Shown here piece by piece: positions 8,723-17,207 of a DNA stretch of 51,537 bases. Within the stretch, counting starts at the first letter, position 1; each line of letters begins with the position of its first letter. The notes beneath the pieces were generated by a model. It made no database searches. It was not told the DNA's origin and saw only the letters and a list, made by a program, of their open reading frames with translations. A program made the position numbers and the translations under genes. The stretch comes from Candidatus Tayloriibacteriota bacterium. GTDB taxonomy: Bacteria; Patescibacteriota; Minisyncoccia; Phycocordibacterales; PALSA-1337. Location: NCBI GenBank assembly GCA_903857825.1, contig CAIOGI010000007.1, positions 1 to 51,537 of the forward strand. Reading direction: 5' to 3'.

Positions 8723-9697
8723 TTACCCCCACTTACTCTTTATGTATTCTGTTGCTTCGCTCATAGAATATGGCTGAGTAGAATTACCGACTCTCACATA
8801 GAAGTCCTCTTTATTGTCTCCATTCTTTAGATATGCTGGCTTATGCCCTTCGTTAACTGTGACCAAGCATATTTCTTGATTTTCTATTTCCTCAAAACTG
8901 ACACCTACATATTTTGCAAAAGCCAAACCGATCATAGTCTTTACCAACATGCTCACATGATTTTCGAAACCATCTTTATCTTTTTTAGGCAAAGTCTTGT
9001 AGTCACTCTCTAATCCCATTACCTTTCCACTATCAGAAACACCGATAATTAAAGTTCCTCCATTCGCATTCAAAAAGCCAACAATAGTCTTGACCACCAT
9101 TTTTTCTACATCTTTACTAATTTCTCCTTTTCTAGCATCGTATCTCAAAGTTTCCTTAAACTCGGTAAATAATCCCTCCCCCTCCTTAATTAGAACTTTT
9201 GGATCACGTGTTGGAATACGTCCTGAGGTACTGCGTACCATTTGTTTTATTATGTGAACGTATTCATCAAAATTCGAAACGTTCTTTATCTTGGTAAATC
9301 GTCCGTTATTATGTTCAAGAATAATATTTGCATGATTCATAATTCTACCCAATGGACTTTGATGTATCTCAACCGCAGCTACATCTGAAAGATTCACTGA
9401 TTTTCTTTTTTTAAATAACAAACCAGTCTTTCTAATTATTTCCTTTTCATAAATCTCATAATGAGAGAAGTACCAATTTAAAAATAGTGCACTTATATAA
9501 AATAGTTGAAAAATAGAAAAAATAAGTATTTCAAAAATATCAAAACGAATATAGTCTGCCAAACCTAGATCTCCATATACATGTGAATAATCAGTCGCAA
9601 AGGAAATCGCAAAGAAAAACAATGAAGCAATTATTTCCATATAAAGGACATTTCTAAGGAAAACTAAAGGTCCCTCTTTGATTATTATTCGCCTCAT
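8723..9697 (-). CDS. membrane protein: two TM helices, bacterial PH (bPH_2/DUF304-like) domain and AlbA_2/Schlafen domain
   Basis: YEIYEKEIIRKTGLLFKKRKSVNLSDV..V...QSPLGRI matches bPH_2; EGLFTEFKET, GFLNANGGTLIIGVSD and FYVRVGNST match AlbA_2. Confidence 0.85.
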   Translation of the reverse strand: MRRIIIKEGPLVFLRNVLYMEIIASLFFFAISFATDYSHVYGDLGLADYIRFDIFEILIFSIFQLFYISALFLNWYFSHYEIYEKEIIRKTGLLFKKRKSVNLSDVAAVEIHQSPLGRIMNHANIILEHNNGRFTKIKNVSNFDEYVHIIKQMVRSTSGRIPTRDPKVLIKEGEGLFTEFKETLRYDARKGEISKDVEKMVVKTIVGFLNANGGTLIIGVSDSGKVMGLESDYKTLPKKDKDGFENHVSMLVKTMIGLAFAKYVGVSFEEIENQEICLVTVNEGHKPAYLKNGDNKEDFYVRVGNSTQPYSMSEATEYIKSKWG

Positions 9698-9737
9698 AGA
9701 ACCTATTTTACCACAATTATTGAACTTTATCTTTTTA

Positions 9738-10322
9738 TTAATCCGCGTTGTAAATACTCATCGCTTTATCTTTTCCCTCCTTTATCAACACTTCAATAGC
9801 CTCTCCAACTCTCTTTGAAACTTTTTTTATTACTTTAACTTCTTCATCCTTCAGTTTTCCCAAAATAAATTTCTCGATTTTATCATCGCCATGCGGAACT
9901 TTAGCAACACCCTTAGCATTCTCTGGGGCCACACCAATACGAATTCTTAAAAATGCCTCAGTTTTGACCGCCTTTATTATCGATTGTAAACCATTATGCC
10001 CTCCTGAGCTTCTATTATATGAAATTCTAATCTTCCCTAAAGGTAAATTAAAATCATCATAAATAACGATGAGCTTTTCTGCTGCTTTTATACTTTTTAC
10101 GAGATGTGCAACTGCCTTACCAGAATTATTCATAAAAGTTTCTGGGGAAACGAGCTTCGTCTTATCTTTTCCAATTTTTACTTCTGAAACTAAGCCATTA
10201 ATTTTTTTATCAAAAGAAAAATCCGTATCAAAAATAGACATAAGAACAATTCGTCCAATATTGTGACGAGTGTTCTCGTATTCTTGACCAGGATTTCCTA
10301 AACCAGCGATTATATATGACAT
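9738..10322 (-). CDS. pth: peptidyl-tRNA hydrolase
   Basis: IAGLGNPGQEYENTRHNIG, TFMNNSG, GGHNGLQSI, RIRIGV. Confidence 0.96.
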   Translation of the reverse strand: MSYIIAGLGNPGQEYENTRHNIGRIVLMSIFDTDFSFDKKINGLVSEVKIGKDKTKLVSPETFMNNSGKAVAHLVKSIKAAEKLIVIYDDFNLPLGKIRISYNRSSGGHNGLQSIIKAVKTEAFLRIRIGVAPENAKGVAKVPHGDDKIEKFILGKLKDEEVKVIKKVSKRVGEAIEVLIKEGKDKAMSIYNAD

Positions 10323-10385
10323 AACACTAGTGTGACATAAACATAAATCTTGTGTCAAATGACTATTCATAATACAATTACCAGT

Positions 10386-10943
10386 ATGAATCCTGAATCT
10401 CCACAAAAGAAAGAAAGTTTTATAAAAGAAACAGTCAAATTTGCTATTATCGCCTTAATCATTGTAATACCCATTCGTAAATATGTAGCTCAACCATTTA
10501 TTGTAAGTGGCGCCTCGATGGATCCCTCTTTCGCATCAGGACAATATTTAATCGTTGATCAATTAACATATCATATAAGCGATCCGAAAAGAGACGATGT
10601 GATCATTTTTCGATATCCGAATAATCCAAGTACATTTTTCATAAAAAGAATAATAGGATTACCAGGAGAAACATTAACAATGGATAGCGGAAAGGTAACT
10701 ATAATAAATAAGGAAAATCCTGAAGGTTTTTTACTCCAAGAAAACTATATTACAAAGGAACATCGCACATCTGATTCATTTACAATCGCACTAGGAGAAA
10801 CAGAATATTTCGTTATGGGCGACAATAGACCTCAAAGTTCTGATTCCAGATCATGGGGTCCATTAGAATCAAAGTACATCATTGGTCGTCCATTTTTACG
10901 ACTAATGCCAGTCTCTCAGATATCAATATTTCCAGGAAGATAG
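10386..10943 (+). CDS. lepB: signal peptidase I
   Basis: SGASMDP catalytic Ser, IKRIIGLPGE catalytic Lys, GDNRPQSSDSRSWG. Confidence 0.95.
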   Translation: MNPESPQKKESFIKETVKFAIIALIIVIPIRKYVAQPFIVSGASMDPSFASGQYLIVDQLTYHISDPKRDDVIIFRYPNNPSTFFIKRIIGLPGETLTMDSGKVTIINKENPEGFLLQENYITKEHRTSDSFTIALGETEYFVMGDNRPQSSDSRSWGPLESKYIIGRPFLRLMPVSQISIFPGR

Positions 10944-10951
10944 AAAATTTC

Positions 10952-12184
10952 ATGAAAAAACAAAAACCAGATCCAAAAGACAACAAGTACATATCGTATG
11001 ATAATCTCGATAAAATTGGTGAGACAGCTTTGTACTATGGTTTCAACCCTCACAAAAGTCCTGATATAAAGAAAGTTGACTTAGATAATGCAAAATCTCT
11101 ATTAGATGGAGATCATATTGATGATACAGATAAGAAGAAATCAATATTGCCACTTCACGTAGAAGAAAAAATCGCCCTACTCAGAAATTATATTGAAGAA
11201 AATATGCAAAGTATGAGTCAGCCCGTAATGCTATATTTCAAGGAACCTTTTAAGGGTTCTCTAAAAAAAGGCTCAGAGACTATATATCGATATTGTGATT
11301 TAGAAATACTTGGCAATTCTAGAAGCATTGCTGAAGCAACTCTAATACAAACAGCAAAGACAATGCTTCTTGAAAATGGTTATGAAAATATTTGTGTAGA
11401 GATAAATAGTATTGGAGATAAAGAATCTATAAATAAATTTAATAGAGATCTCACAAACTACTATAAAAGAAACGTAAATGAAATGCATGCAGAATGTCGT
11501 CAGCTATTAAAGAAAGATCCTTTTGAACTTCTGAGTTGTCAAAATGAAAAATGTTTAAAAATAAATAATGAAGCTCCAAAGTCTATAGAATTCTTATCAG
11601 AATCGAGTCGAATACATTTTCAAGAGGTATTAGAATACTTGGAAGCGCTAAATATTCCTTACAAAATAAATAATAGTCTTATTGGCAATCGTAAATATTG
11701 TACAGAAACAATTTTTACAATAAACAATTTGAATACTGAAAATAAAAAAAATAATCAAAAAATACTTGCCATAGGTGTTAGATATGATGGTCTTTCAAAG
11801 AAAATGGGTATTAAAAAAGAAATACAAGGTGTCGGAATATCAATTCTAATCAAAGACTATAATGCTGATCTTAGAAAAGATATAAAAAAGGCAAAGAAAC
11901 CTTTTGCGTCATTTGTACAGCTTGGATTTGAATCAAAACTGCTTAGTCTAAGTGTAATAGAATCATTAAGAAGGGTTAAAATACCATTATATCTTTCATT
12001 GTCAAAAGATCGCCTAGGAGCACAGGTGTCTATTTTAGAAAAGCAGAATATTCCATATTCAGTAATAATGGGCAAAAAAGAAGCCATGGAAAAAAGTGTT
12101 ATTGTGAGAAATATGGATACTCACGCCCAAGAAACGGTGTTTTTGCATGAATTACCGAAATACATGAAAAAACTTGAGAAATAA
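10952..12184 (+). CDS. HisRS/HisZ-like protein with HGTP anticodon-binding domain, degenerate catalytic motifs
   Basis: EINSIGDKE..., YKINNSLIGNRKYCTETIF, GVRYDGL and C-terminal PYSVIMGKKE..VIVRNM resemble HisRS; motif 2 (FRYERPQ) is not recognisable. Confidence 0.75.
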   Translation: MKKQKPDPKDNKYISYDNLDKIGETALYYGFNPHKSPDIKKVDLDNAKSLLDGDHIDDTDKKKSILPLHVEEKIALLRNYIEENMQSMSQPVMLYFKEPFKGSLKKGSETIYRYCDLEILGNSRSIAEATLIQTAKTMLLENGYENICVEINSIGDKESINKFNRDLTNYYKRNVNEMHAECRQLLKKDPFELLSCQNEKCLKINNEAPKSIEFLSESSRIHFQEVLEYLEALNIPYKINNSLIGNRKYCTETIFTINNLNTENKKNNQKILAIGVRYDGLSKKMGIKKEIQGVGISILIKDYNADLRKDIKKAKKPFASFVQLGFESKLLSLSVIESLRRVKIPLYLSLSKDRLGAQVSILEKQNIPYSVIMGKKEAMEKSVIVRNMDTHAQETVFLHELPKYMKKLEK

Positions 12185-12211
12185 TTATAGGTGTGATATT
12201 ATATTTTACCT

Positions 12212-12457
12212 ATGATAAATATAGAAATAAAACGAAACGGCACAGAAAATAGCATGGGGGTTCTTCGCCGTTTTACAAAGAAAGTACAGGGTTCTGGAAT
12301 ACTACCTAGAGTAAGGAGCCTTAGATACAATCAACGTGACCTATCTCATTACAAGACAAAGATGAAGACTTTAAAATCTATAAGAAGAAAGCTTGAAATA
12401 CTCGAACTTATCAAGCTAGGCAAGATGCAAGAAAAAACATCCAGATTTTCAAAGTAA
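12212..12457 (+). CDS. rpsU: divergent 30S ribosomal protein bS21-like
   Basis: Small basic protein with E....LRRFTKKVQGSGIL...R..RY pattern; adjacent to ybeY. Confidence 0.7.
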   Translation: MINIEIKRNGTENSMGVLRRFTKKVQGSGILPRVRSLRYNQRDLSHYKTKMKTLKSIRRKLEILELIKLGKMQEKTSRFSK

Positions 12458-12458
12458 G

Positions 12459-12845
12459 ATGAGCGATACTTCATTCAACCTAACAAACAACACAAAAGCC
12501 AAGCTTCCTCGCTTGGCTTTTGCTGATATGAAAAATGCTATTCTTGGTAAAAAATATGAACTCTCACTAATTATAGTAAGTAAAAAAGAAATTCAGAAAC
12601 TTAACAATCGTTATAGAGATATAAATAAGCCAACCGATATACTCAGCTTCCCTCTTTCAGAAAGTTTTGGGGAAATTTATATAAATCCAGATATGACAAA
12701 AATAGAAGCAAAGAAATTTGATAGAAATTATGAAAACTTTTTTGCCTTTTTACTTATCCACGGTTTAGTGCATTTGAAAGGATTCGATCATGGTAGTACA
12801 ATGGAGAGTATAGAAACTCGTTTCAGAAAAAAATTTGGAATTTGA
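12459..12845 (+). CDS. ybeY: rRNA maturation endoribonuclease YbeY
   Basis: LNNRYRDINKPTDILSF, GEIYI, HGLVHLKGFDH. Confidence 0.95.
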   Translation: MSDTSFNLTNNTKAKLPRLAFADMKNAILGKKYELSLIIVSKKEIQKLNNRYRDINKPTDILSFPLSESFGEIYINPDMTKIEAKKFDRNYENFFAFLLIHGLVHLKGFDHGSTMESIETRFRKKFGI

Positions 12846-12857
12846 GCTTCTGACTAA

Positions 12858-14042
12858 ATGTCACGAAATATAATTACCGGAATAGATATTGGAACACACC
12901 ACGTTAAAGTGGTTATTTGTGATTCTCAAGAAAAAAACGAAAAAGGATTCCCGAAGATAATAGGAATTGGTAATTCTGAGTCGAGAGGCTTGAGGCACGG
13001 TTATATAGTTAATGTTCAAGATGTAACAAATAGTATTAAAGAAGCAGTGATGAAAGCAGAAAATCAGGCTGATGTAAAAGTTAAAAAAGCCTTTGTTTCA
13101 ATAAACGGTATTGGGCTCGGGAGTATTACCTGTACTAGTTCTATTATTATTTCTAGAGCAGATTTAGAAATAACTGCTTTAGATGTGAAAAGGGTTCAAG
13201 ATCAATGTGAAAAGGATATCCCTGCAAATTCTGCACTAAATAAGAAAATAATTCATTCTATCCCTCTTTACTTTAAAGTTGATGGAAAGATTACACTTGG
13301 TAAACCAGAAGGAATGAAGGGTAGTAAACTAGAAGTCAAAACACTATATATAACATGTCTTGAACAGCATTTAAATGACATTATACAAGCCGTAGAAGAA
13401 GTTGGCATAAGTGTTCAAGATGTAATGGCATCTCCAATAGCTACAAGTCTAGTTACGCTTTCAAAATCTCAGAAAATTGCTGGGTGTGTTCTCGTAAACA
13501 TCGGAGCTGAAACTGTCTCCATTGCTGTATTTGAAAATAATATACCAGTATCATTGGAAGTCTTCCCCATTGGATCTACTGATATTACAAATGATATTGC
13601 ATTAGGATTAAAGGTTCCACTAGAAGAGGCGGAACAGATAAAGATCGGAGCTATTACCGGTAGCTCATATCCTAGAAAAAAACTTGAGGAAATAATACAA
13701 GCAAGATTATTTGATATTTTTGAATTGATAGAAAATCATTTAAAGAAGATTGGTAGGAATGAACTATTACCAGCTGGAATTATAATTATTGGTGGTGGAT
13801 CTGGACTTACAGATATAGAAGAAATAGCCAAAACATCGTTAAAGCTTCCATCAAGGAGAGGTACTGTATATCTTGGAATACAAGAAAAACAAAGTTATAG
13901 AGATTCTACATGGGCGGTTGCGTATGGATTGTGCATTTTGGGAACTCATGCCAACGAGGACACTCCTATAAATACCAGTGCAAAGTTTTTTGAAAGACTA
14001 TTTAAAGCCACAAAAGGCTGGCTAAAGCAATTTTTGCCTTAA
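12858..14042 (+). CDS. ftsA: cell division protein FtsA
   Basis: GIDIGT, SRGLRHGYIVN, IGSTDITNDIA, GGGS; directly upstream of ftsZ. Confidence 0.95.
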   Translation: MSRNIITGIDIGTHHVKVVICDSQEKNEKGFPKIIGIGNSESRGLRHGYIVNVQDVTNSIKEAVMKAENQADVKVKKAFVSINGIGLGSITCTSSIIISRADLEITALDVKRVQDQCEKDIPANSALNKKIIHSIPLYFKVDGKITLGKPEGMKGSKLEVKTLYITCLEQHLNDIIQAVEEVGISVQDVMASPIATSLVTLSKSQKIAGCVLVNIGAETVSIAVFENNIPVSLEVFPIGSTDITNDIALGLKVPLEEAEQIKIGAITGSSYPRKKLEEIIQARLFDIFELIENHLKKIGRNELLPAGIIIIGGGSGLTDIEEIAKTSLKLPSRRGTVYLGIQEKQSYRDSTWAVAYGLCILGTHANEDTPINTSAKFFERLFKATKGWLKQFLP

Positions 14043-14068
14043 TTTTAGTTATCTGGTAAGATTTGAGC

Positions 14069-15280
14069 ATGCCTAACATTACCCCAGATATTGAAGCATT
14101 CGCAAGAATAAAAGTGATCGGTGTCGGAGGATCAGGAAAAAATGCCGTAAACCACATGATTAACTCAAAAGTTAAGGGGGTTGATTTTATTTCTATTAAT
14201 ACTGATGCTCAAGATTTACATCACTCTTTAGCAAAGAAAAGAATTCACATTGGAAAAAGTCTTACTCGAGGACTAGGCACTGGTATGAACCCTGAGATGG
14301 GGAAAAAAGCCATAGAAGAAACTAAAGAGGAAGTTCAAGAAGCCCTAAAGGGAGCAGATATGGTTTTTGTAGCGTGTGGACTAGGTGGAGGAACAGGTAG
14401 TGGTGCTAGCCCCGTCGTTGCTCGAACAGCAAAAGAACTTGGCGCACTAACTGTTGCTGTTGTTACCAAACCATTCTTTTTTGAAGGTCAACAAAGATCC
14501 AAGATTTCAGAAACAGCTCTAGAAGAATTAAGAAAAGAAGTTGATGCTATTATTGTTATACCAAATGACAGACTACTTACAACAATAGACAAAAATACTA
14601 CCGTAAGGAATGCCTTCTCTATATGTGATGAAATACTTCGCCAAGCTGTCGAAGGTATTTCTGATCTCATAACAACACCAGGACTTATCAATATCGACTT
14701 TGCGGATATAAGAACTGTTATGGAAAACGCTGGTTCAGCACTTATGGGTATTGGATCTGCATCAGGAGAAAATCGTGCTATAGAAGCAGCAAAATTAGCT
14801 ATCAATTCCCCACTTCTTGATGTTTCAATAACTGGTGCAAAGGGTGTATTGTTCTCTATTGCTGGAGGTGAAGATCTAACAATGTTTGAAATACAAGACG
14901 CAGCAAAGGTCATCACAGAATCAGTAGATCCAAATGCAAAAGTAATATTTGGTACAGTTAAAGATGACAAATTAAAGAAAAATGAAGTCAAAGTTACAGT
15001 CATAGCAGCTGGTTTTCCTGAATTGATTCCAGGTACAGAGAACAAAGACAATGTTCAAAACAAAGTTTTTACAAATACAAGTACAGGTACAAATACACAG
15101 AATAACGACGCAAAACAGAAAGACGATACGAAAGGTAAAATCTTCAATTCAATCCCTGCTCAACCTACAGTAAATAAAGACCGAATGGAAAGCAAAATTG
15201 AAGAAAAGAAAAACGAAGTTCAAGATGATGATGATTGGGGTGCAGTTCCCGCTTTCTTGAGGAGATCGAAGTTGAAATAA
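14069..15280 (+). CDS. ftsZ: cell division protein FtsZ
   Basis: IKVIGVGGSG, GLGGGTGSG tubulin signature, INIDFAD and C-terminal VPAFLRR. Confidence 0.98.
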   Translation: MPNITPDIEAFARIKVIGVGGSGKNAVNHMINSKVKGVDFISINTDAQDLHHSLAKKRIHIGKSLTRGLGTGMNPEMGKKAIEETKEEVQEALKGADMVFVACGLGGGTGSGASPVVARTAKELGALTVAVVTKPFFFEGQQRSKISETALEELRKEVDAIIVIPNDRLLTTIDKNTTVRNAFSICDEILRQAVEGISDLITTPGLINIDFADIRTVMENAGSALMGIGSASGENRAIEAAKLAINSPLLDVSITGAKGVLFSIAGGEDLTMFEIQDAAKVITESVDPNAKVIFGTVKDDKLKKNEVKVTVIAAGFPELIPGTENKDNVQNKVFTNTSTGTNTQNNDAKQKDDTKGKIFNSIPAQPTVNKDRMESKIEEKKNEVQDDDDWGAVPAFLRRSKLK

Positions 15281-15412
15281 AATTGGACTCGCCTGCTTGC
15301 GCTCGGGAGCACTTTATTTTTATAGCCAAGGCACTTGTTGTTTGATAAATCAAACAATGTCGCGCAAGCTAGTAAAAATAAAGTCTCCCTCACCGCGTCG
15401 AGTCTCAATTTT
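15279..15412 (+). repeat. dispersed palindromic element, copy 2 (134 bp), with inverted nested module at 15327-15368
   Basis: AAAATTGGACTCG...CGAGTCTCAATTTT abutting the ftsZ stop codon. Confidence 0.85.
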
Positions 15413-15433
15413 ATAAGTAATCTTTAACAAAAC

Positions 15434-16357
15434 ATGATTTACGACTTAACAATTATAGGTGGAGGGCCAGCGGGAGTAGCTGCGGGTGTTTATGCTGCAA
15501 GAAAAAAATTAAAAACACTTTTTATAACTAAAGATTGGAATAGTCAGAGTACTGTATCAGAAGGTATTGAAAACTGGATAGGAACAGTGAGGATTTCTGG
15601 TGCAGATTTTGCAAAAAGTCTTGAAAAACATTTAAAGGCATATTCGAAAGACGTGGTAGATATTCATGAAGGCGAGTCGTGTGAAAAAATTGAAAAAACA
15701 GATGCAGGTTTCAAGATAATCACATCAAAAGGTTCATATGAGTCAAAAACCGTACTTATTGCCACTGGAAGCTTCAGAAGAAAATTGGATATTCCTGGTG
15801 CTGATATTTTTGAACACAAGGGCCTCACCTATTGTGCCTCTTGTGATGGACCAATGTTCTCTGGACAGGACGTGGTAGTTGTTGGTGGTGGAAACGCTGC
15901 ATTTGAGAGTGCATCTCAATTGTTGGCTTATTGTAAAAGTGTAACTTTGGTAAATAGAAGCGATAAGTTCCGAGCTGATCCAGTGACGATAGATGCTGTG
16001 TCAAAGAATGCGCATTTCAAAATAATTAAAAATGCTGTGCCAAAGGAGGTTAAAGGAGATAAATTTGTTTCATCTTTTATTTACAAAGATTCAACAACAA
16101 ATACTGATAATGAATTAGCGGCTACAGGTATTTTCGTAGAAATTGGTTCAATCCCAACTACATACTTTGCGAAAGATTTAGTGAAGTTGACAGAGATCGG
16201 CCACGTTGTAACAGATTCAAAGAATCAGCAAACCTCGGTTAAAGGTATCTGGGCTGCAGGAGATTGTACAGATGGTCTATATCATCAAAACAATATAGCT
16301 GCGGGAGATGCTGTGAAGGCACTTGAGGATATTTATCTATTTCTAAAAGCTAAGTAG
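15434..16357 (+). CDS. trxB: thioredoxin reductase / AhpF-like FAD-dependent disulfide oxidoreductase
   Basis: GGGPAG, YCASCDG redox motif, VGGGNAA, AAGDCT. Confidence 0.85.
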   Translation: MIYDLTIIGGGPAGVAAGVYAARKKLKTLFITKDWNSQSTVSEGIENWIGTVRISGADFAKSLEKHLKAYSKDVVDIHEGESCEKIEKTDAGFKIITSKGSYESKTVLIATGSFRRKLDIPGADIFEHKGLTYCASCDGPMFSGQDVVVVGGGNAAFESASQLLAYCKSVTLVNRSDKFRADPVTIDAVSKNAHFKIIKNAVPKEVKGDKFVSSFIYKDSTTNTDNELAATGIFVEIGSIPTTYFAKDLVKLTEIGHVVTDSKNQQTSVKGIWAAGDCTDGLYHQNNIAAGDAVKALEDIYLFLKAK

Positions 16358-16904
16358 TTATACCGTTACAAGGTTCACCCCATAGTCCCCTCTTATTTTT
16401 ACTTGCCTCTTTTTCTAACTTTTTGAATTCTTTTTTCATTTGATATGATTTCCCATAAGTGTATTCATGGGCGTATCCTTCTTTCAAAAGAAACTCATTT
16501 AAGTGTCGTCCGTCTTCAAGATATACATAAGCTAGCACCCTACCATATTTATCTAGGATTGACTGAGTTTTATCTGTTTTAAGCCTCACAGACTGCTCTG
16601 AGAGCATTTCCTTTGTCTTATCTGAAGCTTCCATACCAAAGCACTGAATCGGCTTCCTGGGGTCAATAGTCTCTGGCGTGTCTATGCCCAACATTCGTAT
16701 TGTGACCAGTTTTTGGCCAACTTTTACTTCAAAGGTATCACCGTCAATTACCTTTGCAACATGATACGGAAGAGTGGAGTCAATTTTTGGAATGTCCTTA
16801 TAAGAAAACTTTTTAGGCGTAGATAAATAGGCGGCAATGCTACAAAATGTGACAATAAAAGCAATTAGTGCAATTTTTATTATATTTTCTTTAGATAATT
16901 TCAT
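16350..16904 (-). CDS. membrane-anchored thermonuclease (SNase family)
   Basis: KVIDGDT, IRMLGIDTPE, DKYGRVLAYV, RGLWG; N-terminal TM helix. Confidence 0.93.
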   Translation of the reverse strand: MKLSKENIIKIALIAFIVTFCSIAAYLSTPKKFSYKDIPKIDSTLPYHVAKVIDGDTFEVKVGQKLVTIRMLGIDTPETIDPRKPIQCFGMEASDKTKEMLSEQSVRLKTDKTQSILDKYGRVLAYVYLEDGRHLNEFLLKEGYAHEYTYGKSYQMKKEFKKLEKEASKNKRGLWGEPCNGITT

Positions 16905-16942
16905 TTTGATTTGACTTTAAGTTTGAGTTTGATAATATATGG

Positions 16943-17015
16943 TTACAAGAAGTCAGACTCTCTCGTGTTGGGGTACCGGATGGTGCCCTGCTAAAGCGGA
17001 GGGGCATTTTTGTTT
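16943..17015 (+). ncRNA. candidate DUF3800-associated small structured RNA
   Basis: TTGACT-16-TAATAT (16911-16938); hairpins GGGGTACC-GGAT-GGTGCCCT and CTGC-TAAA-GCGG, a possible closing CTCTC/GAGGG stem and a U-tract; convergent with the DUF3800 remnant. Confidence 0.55.
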
Positions 17016-17092
17016 ATGGTGAATATAAACCATCGACTTGATGCCTTTTTAAATCCCAAATCACCACTTTCATCTATAAAAACGTATTTCAT
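16991..17092 (-). pseudogene. 33-aa N-terminal remnant of a DUF3800-family protein
   Basis: Hand translation MKYVFIDESGDLGFKKASSRWFIFTINKNAPPL*; the (F/Y)IDESG motif is typical of the DUF3800 N-terminus. Confidence 0.75.
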
Positions 17093-17106
17093 CCCCACAC
17101 CATATC

Positions 17107-17156
17107 AAAAAGTTATTAAGAAGTTATAAAGAAATTCTTAAGAAATGATAAAGATT
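17107..17156 (-). promoter_or_regulatory. 50-bp operator-like element (copy 3) with -10 box TATGGT upstream of the DUF3800 remnant
   Basis: 45/50 identical to copies 1 and 2, with the same 11-bp spacing to the -10 box. Confidence 0.7.
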
Positions 17157-17207
17157 TTGATTGGGAAATGGAAATAAGGCTGGTGAAATACCAGTGGGTT
17201 GATCAAA

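Noticed and set aside
12843-12845. Alternative genetic code (UGA=Gly, as in Gracilibacteria/Absconditabacteria)
   Set aside because: ybeY ends at TGA at its expected length and conserved genes are uninterrupted under code 11.
14488-15051. 187-aa ORF antisense to ftsZ, and similar shadow ORFs over typA, murJ, the TPR gene, nrdJ, secA, gpmA and the OppA-like gene
   Set aside because: They overlap confident genes on the opposite strand or in another frame and have no independent support.
15165-15408. Short ORFs at 15165-15408 and 47020-47238 with mutually similar peptides
   Set aside because: The similarity comes from the palindromic DNA repeat, not from a protein family.
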